DNA from: Longivirga aurantiaca
GTDB taxonomy: Bacteria > Actinomycetota > Actinomycetes > S36-B12 > CAIYMF01
DNA: 32,000 nt
Assembly (NCBI RefSeq): GCF_042660085.1
Contig: NZ_JBHSTI010000008.1
Location: forward strand, 540,001-572,000
Direction of reading: 5' to 3'
Part shown: positions 26,134 through 32,000 of the stretch, in pieces
Layout: each line of letters opens with the position of its first letter
Numbering within the stretch: the first letter of the stretch is position 1
The notes under the pieces: model-generated
Told to the model about the DNA's origin: nothing
Databases searched by the model: none
Seen by the model: only the letters and a program-made list of their open reading frames with translations
Translations under genes and position numbers: made by a program

Positions 26134-27494
26134 GCCGGAGGAGCGGCGTCGTCGCCGGACTGCGGGTCGTCGACCGAGGGCAGCTCGTCGAGGCCGGACA
26201 GGTCGAGCGGCTTGCTGCGCTCGACGAAGGCCTCGATCGCCTCGTCGCCGTCGAGGTCCTCGGCGTGCGGGAGCAGGTCGGGGTGGCCCCAGAGGTCGTC
26301 GCGGCCCTCGGCGCCGCGCGCCTCGTGCACGGCCGCCCAGAGCTGGGCGGCCTCGCGCAGACGCCGCGGCCGCATCTCGAGGCCGACCAGGGTCTCGAAC
26401 GTGCGCTCGGCCGGGCCGCCCGTGGCGCGACGGCGACGCATCGCCTCGCGCAGCCGGTCGGCCGACGGCAGGCGCGCGCCGGCGGCCTCGGACACGACGA
26501 TGTCGACCCAGCCCTCGACGAGCGCGAGCAGCGTCTCGAGCCGCGCGAGCGCGGCCTTCTGCTCCGGGGTGTCCTCGGGCACGAACACGCCGGACGCGAT
26601 CGCCTCCTGAAGGCTCTCGGGGTTCGAGGGGTCGACGCCGCGCGCGGCCTCCTCGATCTTCGACTGGTCGATGTGGATGCCGGTGGCGTACGCCTCGACC
26701 GCGGCGGTCATCTGCGAGCGCAGCCACGGCACGTGCGCGAAGAGCCGCTGGGCGGCCGACTCGCGCAGGGCGACGTACAGGCGCACCTCGTCCGCGGGGA
26801 CGCCGAGGCCCTCGCCGAACGCCGCGACGTTGCGCGGCAGCAGGAACGAGCGGCCGTCGTCGGTGAGCGGGATGCCGACATCGGCCGCGCCGAGCACCTC
26901 GCCGGACAGCGTGCCGATGGCCTGGCCCAGCTGCGAGCCGAACATGTACGCGCCCATCTGCTTGGCCATGCCCATGAGCGGGCCGGCCATCTGGGCGAGC
27001 TCGGGCGGGAGCCCCTCGGGCAGGCCCGACTGCGGCAGCATCGCCTGCATCGACTCGTTGGCGCGTGCGGCCACCGGCTCGACGATGCGCCGCCACGACG
27101 GCAGCGTGGACTCGATCCACTCGCTGCGGCTCCAGGCGCCGCCGCCGGACGACGTGGCCGGGAACGAGGTGACGGGGTCGAGCCACAGCGAGGCGAGGTC
27201 GAGCGCCTGCTCGACCTCGCGGCGCTCGGTGGCGTTGACCGAGGGGTCGCCCTCGGCCATCACGAGCTGGCGGGCGCCGTCACGGGCGAGCTCCCAGTTG
27301 ACCGGGCCAGCGTCCGGGCCGCCGCCCTGCGACATCATCCGGCCGAGCTGCTGGAGCGCCTCGCCGAGCTGGCTCATGTCGAAGCCGCCGGGGCCGCCGG
27401 CACCGAAGCCGAGCGGACCGGAGCCTCCGCTGCCGCCGTCGCGCCCGTCGTCGTCACCGGGCGGGGTGAAGCCGAAAGGCAGGTTGCCGCTCAT
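26130..27494 (-). CDS. DUF2342 / 'zinc-dependent metalloprotease' family protein (Rv3195-like)
   Basis: RLFAHVPWLRSQM, ALVEGWVDIVVSEAAG, RRRRATGGPAERTFETLVGLEMRPRRLREAAQLW characteristic of the family. Confidence 0.88.
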   Translation of the reverse strand: MSGNLPFGFTPPGDDDGRDGGSGGSGPLGFGAGGPGGFDMSQLGEALQQLGRMMSQGGGPDAGPVNWELARDGARQLVMAEGDPSVNATERREVEQALDLASLWLDPVTSFPATSSGGGAWSRSEWIESTLPSWRRIVEPVAARANESMQAMLPQSGLPEGLPPELAQMAGPLMGMAKQMGAYMFGSQLGQAIGTLSGEVLGAADVGIPLTDDGRSFLLPRNVAAFGEGLGVPADEVRLYVALRESAAQRLFAHVPWLRSQMTAAVEAYATGIHIDQSKIEEAARGVDPSNPESLQEAIASGVFVPEDTPEQKAALARLETLLALVEGWVDIVVSEAAGARLPSADRLREAMRRRRATGGPAERTFETLVGLEMRPRRLREAAQLWAAVHEARGAEGRDDLWGHPDLLPHAEDLDGDEAIEAFVERSKPLDLSGLDELPSVDDPQSGDDAAPPA

Positions 27495-27581
27495 CGGGCT
27501 GCTCCTGCCGGGACGCGCTGGGGCAGGATGGGGGTCGGCGAGGCGTTCATGCCGACCACGGTAACTTCGAGGGGGAGACCG

Positions 27582-28706
27582 GTGACTGCTGCGCAGGGCA
27601 ACGGCCCTACGCCTTCCGCGAACGGGCGGAAGAGTTCCCGCTCGCGCAAGGTGGGCCGCGCGGTCGCCGTCACGGGCGCCGCGGGCGCCATCGGCACCGT
27701 GCTGCTGCGGGCGCTGGCCGATGCCCCCGAGGTCGGCAAGGTGCTCGCGTACGACGTGCGGCGCGGAGCGTCCGAGGGCGTCCTGTGGCGCGTCGGCGAC
27801 GTACGCGACCCGGTGCTGGCCCAGCGGCTCGCCGGCATGGACTCCGTGATCCACCTCGCGGTCGACTGGTCGCTCGACGCCGCGCCCTCGGCGCGGTCGG
27901 CGCTCAACGTGCGCGGCACGCAGACCGTGGTCACGGCCGCCGCTGCGGCGGGCGTGAAGCGGGTGGTGATCGTGACGAGCGCGTCGGTGTACGGCGCCCT
28001 GCCCGACAACGCCGTCCCCCTCGCCGAGGACGCGCCGCTGCTGGCAGTGCCCGAGGGGATCGTGGCCGACCTGCTCGAGATGGAGCGCGTGGCCGAGGAC
28101 GCCCGGCGCGTGCACCCCGGTCTCGAGGTGGTCGTCGTACGGCCGGCGGCCCTCGTAGGGCCCGGCGTCGACACTCTGGTGACGCGGCACTTCTCGGCGC
28201 CCCGGCTGCTGTCGATCAAGGACACCTCGCCGGCGTGGCAGTTCTGCCACGTGGAGGACCTCGCCTCGGCGCTCGTGGTCGCAGCCGTGGCCGACGTGCC
28301 GCCGGTCCTCACCGCGGGCAGCGACGGCTACCTCGACCAGCGCCGCATCGAGGAGATCTCGGGCATGAAGCGGGTCGAGGTGCCTGCCGCGCTCGCGCTG
28401 GCCACGGCCGAGCGGCTGCACCGGGTCGGCGTCACGCCCGCCCCGGCGAGCGAGCTCGCGTACGCGATGCACCCGCTGGTCGTCTCGAGCGCGGGGCTGC
28501 GTGCTCTCGGCTGGCGCCCCACGCACACGAACGAGGCCAACCTCGAGGCCGTGCTCGCCGAGGTGCGCGGGGCCACCGCCATCGCCGGACGGCGGATCGG
28601 CAAGCGCGACGCCGCCGTCGCGGGAGCGTCCGCGGCGGGCGCCACGGTCGCGGTGCTCGGTGCTGCGGCCTTCGTGCGCGCCGCCCGCCGTGCTCGCGGC
28701 CGCTGA
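27582..28706 (+). CDS. NAD-dependent epimerase/dehydratase (extended SDR)
   Basis: VAVTGAAGAIGTVLLRAL (GxxGxxG), MDSVIHLAV, VTSASVYG. GTG 27582 preceded by GGGGGAGA; ATG 27549 is an alternative. Confidence 0.85.
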   Translation: MTAAQGNGPTPSANGRKSSRSRKVGRAVAVTGAAGAIGTVLLRALADAPEVGKVLAYDVRRGASEGVLWRVGDVRDPVLAQRLAGMDSVIHLAVDWSLDAAPSARSALNVRGTQTVVTAAAAAGVKRVVIVTSASVYGALPDNAVPLAEDAPLLAVPEGIVADLLEMERVAEDARRVHPGLEVVVVRPAALVGPGVDTLVTRHFSAPRLLSIKDTSPAWQFCHVEDLASALVVAAVADVPPVLTAGSDGYLDQRRIEEISGMKRVEVPAALALATAERLHRVGVTPAPASELAYAMHPLVVSSAGLRALGWRPTHTNEANLEAVLAEVRGATAIAGRRIGKRDAAVAGASAAGATVAVLGAAAFVRAARRARGR

Positions 28707-28783
28707 CCCTCTCGCGTGCTCAGCGGGCCCGAGCGGGTGGTGGCCGACGCGGGCGGTCCGGGGGGCGACGTAGGCTTACCCGC

Positions 28784-29017
28784 ATGGAGGTCCTCGGCTG
28801 GCTGCTGATCCCGCTCGCGGGTCTGCTGATCGGCGTCGTCTGGATGATCTGGCGCAGCCGCGACCCCAAGCCCGTCGACGCCCACCAGGGCATGGACGAC
28901 CTCGCCCGCTTCCGGCAGGCGATGGAGAAGCCGATGCCGCCGCTGCGGCGCGACGCGAACGGCGCCCCCGTCGCCGCCGACGACCTGCCGCCGACGGCTG
29001 ACGGCACCTCGCGGTGA
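28784..29017 (+). CDS. Small single-TM membrane protein, 77 aa
   Basis: MEVLGWLLIPLAGLLIGVVWMIWRSRDPKPVDAHQGMDDLARFRQAMEKPMPP; TAGGCT box 7 nt upstream; GTGA overlap with next gene. Confidence 0.75.
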   Translation: MEVLGWLLIPLAGLLIGVVWMIWRSRDPKPVDAHQGMDDLARFRQAMEKPMPPLRRDANGAPVAADDLPPTADGTSR

Positions 29018-30078
29018 ACCTCGCGCGCCGGCAGACGGCGTGGCGGGCAGGGGCCGTGGTCCTCGCGGTCGCTCTGTCCCTCGTCGTGGCCTTCGTGCCG
29101 ATGCCGTACCTCGAGCTGTCGCCGGGGCCGACGTACAACACCATCGGCGAGGTCGACGGCACGCCGCTCATCGAGATCTCCGGCACCCGGACCTATCCCA
29201 CGTCGGGGCACCTCGACCTCACCACGGTGAGCGAGCGCGGCGGGCCCGAGAGCGGTGTGCTCACGATGCGCCTGCTCACGGGCTGGGCCGACCCCGACAC
29301 CAAGGTGCTGCCGCGCGAGGTCTTCTACCCGGACGACCTCGGCGACATCGACGTCGGCGCAGAGAACGAGCGCGCCTTCTCCGACAGCACAGCGCTCGCG
29401 ATCGCCGCTGCGCTCAACCACCTCGACCTGCCCGTGCGCGAGGTGACGATCGTGGCCTCGGTGATCACGGGGTCGCCGTCCGACGGGAAGCTCGAGCCGG
29501 GCGACGAGATCGTGTCGGTCGACGGCGCGAGGGTCTCCGAGCCCGTCGACGTCACCGCGGCGATGACCGGCGTCACCCCCGGCGACACGGTGACCGTCAT
29601 CGTGAGGCGCGGGGCGGACGAGAAGACCGAGGACGTCGACGTGGTGACCGGGACCAACCCGCAGGACTCCTCGCGGGCGTTCCTCGGCATCTCGATCGGC
29701 ATCACCTACCAGGCGACGTTCGACATCGACATCACGCTCGATAGCGTCGGCGGCCCGAGCGCGGGCCTCATGCTCAGCCTCGGCATCGTCGACCTCCTGA
29801 CGCCGGGCTCGCTCGTCGACGGACGGTTCGTCGCCGGCACCGGCACGATCGAGCCCGACGGCACCGTGGGCCCGATCGGTGGGATCGCGCAGAAGCTGGC
29901 CGGTGCGCGTGACTCGGGCGCGACGTTCTTCCTCGTACCGGCCGACAACTGCGCCGAGGCCCTGGCGGCCGGTGTGCCGAGCGGCCTGACGATCGCGAGG
30001 GTCGCGACCCTCGACGAGGCCGTCGCGCAGGTCGACGCCTACCGCGAGGGCACCCCCCTCACGCCCTGCACGCCCTGA
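29014..30078 (+). CDS. PDZ-domain / Lon-like serine protease family membrane protein (Rv3194c-like)
   Basis: N-terminal TM, PDZ-like region (SDGKLEPGDEIVSVDGARVSEPVDV), Lon-type nucleophile GGPSAGLMLSLGIVD and Lys region GPIGGIAQKLAGARDSGATFFLVP. Confidence 0.93.
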   Translation: MNLARRQTAWRAGAVVLAVALSLVVAFVPMPYLELSPGPTYNTIGEVDGTPLIEISGTRTYPTSGHLDLTTVSERGGPESGVLTMRLLTGWADPDTKVLPREVFYPDDLGDIDVGAENERAFSDSTALAIAAALNHLDLPVREVTIVASVITGSPSDGKLEPGDEIVSVDGARVSEPVDVTAAMTGVTPGDTVTVIVRRGADEKTEDVDVVTGTNPQDSSRAFLGISIGITYQATFDIDITLDSVGGPSAGLMLSLGIVDLLTPGSLVDGRFVAGTGTIEPDGTVGPIGGIAQKLAGARDSGATFFLVPADNCAEALAAGVPSGLTIARVATLDEAVAQVDAYREGTPLTPCTP

Positions 30079-30096
30079 GGCGGCGCGGGCGGCCGC

Positions 30097-30708
30097 TCAG
30101 CGGAAGGTGGCGAGGAGGGCGTCGGCGAGACGGGGCACGAGCTGCTCGCCGACGAGCACCTGGTCGTCGGCGTCGTGCGACCGCAGCCGCAGCGCGCACA
30201 TCCGCCCGCCCCCGCGCGTGACGACGACGGCCATCCGCACGTCCTGGCGCTCGGGGTGCTCGGCCACGACCGAGGCCAGCCCGGCCTGGTCGTCCGGCAG
30301 CGAGTCCTCGGCGGACGGCGGCAGCATGACGCGCTCGAGCACGAGGGCGGCCCCCTGCACCTCGTCGGGCCACGCGGTCGTGGCGAGCACCTCGTCGAGC
30401 GGCTTGCTGTGGTCGAGGTGGTCCTGCTCGATGGGGGTGAGCGACGTCGGGTCCGCCGCCGCCTCGCCGAGCGCGGAGGCCAGGGCGGGCTCGAGCGCCA
30501 CGAGCTCGCTGGTGCGGGCGAGCGCGAAGATGCGCGGGTTCTGGTCCCACCCGAGGTCGGCCACGTGCTTCTCGATCTCCCGCACGAGCTCCACCAGCCG
30601 CATCGCCGCGGCGGCGGCCGCCAGCGCCTCGGGGTCGGCGGGGACGCCGGGAACCGTCACGGTCGCCTGATCGTCGTCGGGGAGGGGGGAGTGGTCGTCG
30701 CTCGTCAC
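30097..30708 (-). CDS. PPA1309 family conserved hypothetical protein
   Basis: VELVREIEKHVADLGWDQNPRIFALARTSELVALEP ... VVAEHPERQDVRMAVVVTRGGGRMCALRLRSHD; convergent with the PDZ/Lon gene. Confidence 0.82.
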   Translation of the reverse strand: MTSDDHSPLPDDDQATVTVPGVPADPEALAAAAAAMRLVELVREIEKHVADLGWDQNPRIFALARTSELVALEPALASALGEAAADPTSLTPIEQDHLDHSKPLDEVLATTAWPDEVQGAALVLERVMLPPSAEDSLPDDQAGLASVVAEHPERQDVRMAVVVTRGGGRMCALRLRSHDADDQVLVGEQLVPRLADALLATFR

Positions 30709-30820
30709 GCCGCGATTGTGCCCCCTCCACCCGATCAGACCCACCTCCGGTCCGCCGACGTCGTACGTCGCGGACCCTCACGGAAGGCCACGTGATGAGC
30801 CGCCACGTAGGGTGCGACTC

Positions 30821-32000
30821 GTGAGCTACGAGAATCCCCCTGGTGACGGCGGCCGCGGTCCGCGCCTCGTCGTCGCCGAGCCCGCAGGCCGGCGCAGCCG
30901 CACCCTGATCACCACCCTCGTGATCCTGGGGGTGCTGCTCCTGGCGTTCGTCATCCTGACGGGCTTCTGGACCGACCTCCTGTGGTACCAGTCGGTGGAC
31001 GCCCAGAGCGTCTTCTCGACCACGCTCATGACGCGCGTGGGGCTCCTGATCGTGTTCGGCCTGCTCATGGCGGCGATCGTCGGGCTCAACATGTGGCTGG
31101 CGTACCGCTTCCGGCCGGTGTTCCCGACCATGTCGCCGGAGCAGGCGAGCCTCGAGCGCTACCGCCAGGCCCTCGCTCCCGTACGCCGGTTCCTCTTCAT
31201 CGCGGTGCCGGGGTTCCTCGGCCTGCTCGCCGGCGTCAGCGCGTCGGCGGAGTGGCAGACCTGGCTCGAGTGGCGCAACGCGACCGACTTCGGCCAGACC
31301 GACCCGCAGTTCGGCCTCGACATCTCGTTCTACGTCTTCACGCTGCCGTTCCTGCGGTTCGTGCTCGGATTCCTGACCGCGGCGATCGTGCTCGCGTTCC
31401 TCGCGTCGCTCGTCGTGCACTACCTCTACAGCGGCATCAGGCTGCAGCCGGCGGACGACCGCTTCAGCCGCGCCGCACAGGTGCACCTCGGGATCCTGGC
31501 CGGCGTGTTCGTGCTGCTGCGCGGCGTGGGCTTCTGGCTCGACCGGTACGAGCTCTCCCTCTCGACCGACGACTTCGTGCCCGGCATCACCTACAAGGAT
31601 GTCAACGCGCTCCTGCCGGGGCTCACGATCCTCGCGATCATCTCGGTGGTCTGCGCGCTCCTGTTCTTCGCCAGCGCGTTCCGGGACGGGTTCACGCTCG
31701 CCGTCACCGGCTTCGTGCTGCTGCTCGGCTCGTCGATCATCATCGGCTCGGTCTACCCGGCGTTCGTGCAGAACTTCCAGGTGAAGCCGACCGAGCTCGA
31801 CCGCGAGCGGCCGTACATCCAGCGCAACATCGACGCCACGAGGGCTTCGTACGGCCTCGACAAGGTGGTCGTGACGCCCTACGCGGCGACCGACGCCCCT
31901 AGCGAGGCTGCCATCGAGGCGAGCAAGGGCACGATCGACAACATCCGCCTGCTCGACCCGGCCATCGTGTCGCCGACGTTCAACAAGCTGCAGGGCATCC
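30821..32000 (+). CDS. UPF0182 family membrane protein (COG1615, Rv3193c-like), partial at window end
   Basis: Manual translation from GTG 30821: VSYENPPGDG...VILTGFWTDLLWYQSVDAQSVFSTTLMTRVGLLIVFG...DPQFGLDISFYVFTLPFLRFV...YPAFVQNFQVKPTELDRERPYIQRNIDATRASYGLD; open to the window edge. Confidence 0.93.
   Translation, partial: MSYENPPGDGGRGPRLVVAEPAGRRSRTLITTLVILGVLLLAFVILTGFWTDLLWYQSVDAQSVFSTTLMTRVGLLIVFGLLMAAIVGLNMWLAYRFRPVFPTMSPEQASLERYRQALAPVRRFLFIAVPGFLGLLAGVSASAEWQTWLEWRNATDFGQTDPQFGLDISFYVFTLPFLRFVLGFLTAAIVLAFLASLVVHYLYSGIRLQPADDRFSRAAQVHLGILAGVFVLLRGVGFWLDRYELSLSTDDFVPGITYKDVNALLPGLTILAIISVVCALLFFASAFRDGFTLAVTGFVLLLGSSIIIGSVYPAFVQNFQVKPTELDRERPYIQRNIDATRASYGLDKVVVTPYAATDAPSEAAIEASKGTIDNIRLLDPAIVSPTFNKLQGI

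Noticed and set aside
1-32000. CRISPR arrays, transposases, integrases, phage genes or toxin-antitoxin pairs
   Set aside because: No regularly spaced repeats, recombinase motifs or terminal repeats were seen; gene content is chromosomal.

Overview
High-GC actinobacterial chromosome segment, consistent with a Cellulomonas-like micrococcalean genome (lineage inferred from gene content only). Left third (about 1.4-10.3 kb): an amino-sugar catabolic cluster with nagA, a ROK repressor, a lipoprotein solute-binding protein, two ABC permeases, a GH3 beta-N-acetylglucosaminidase, a ROK sugar kinase and nagB. It carries a perfect 21-bp palindromic operator over the regulator's own probable promoter and start. 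Right two thirds: a segment whose gene content resembles the M. tuberculosis Rv3193c-Rv3198A neighbourhood: mycoredoxin, uvrD2, whiB7, ABC1/UbiB-like kinase, a ThiF-like protein with a possible PqqD-like N-terminus, DUF2342 protein, PDZ/Lon-like protein and UPF0182 membrane protein. Interspersed are an AraC/PhyH pair, an alkaline-phosphatase-superfamily protein, an EamA exporter, an M20 peptidase, a DUF5679 mini-protein, a UbiA prenyltransferase, a YgjP-like metallopeptidase and a NUDIX hydrolase. I see no mobile element, CRISPR array, tRNA or rRNA. Best leads: (1) a long whiB7 leader with a promoter-like site, one or two upstream ORFs and a strong attenuator-like hairpin; (2) the ThiF-like/ABC1 kinase pair near a zinc-ribbon mini-protein and peptidases; (3) an alkaline-phosphatase-family protein with apparently permuted motif order; (4) the ROK operator on a probably leaderless promoter; (5) a recurring TANNNT-N7-start arrangement. 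No clearly novel complete system is demonstrated by sequence alone.
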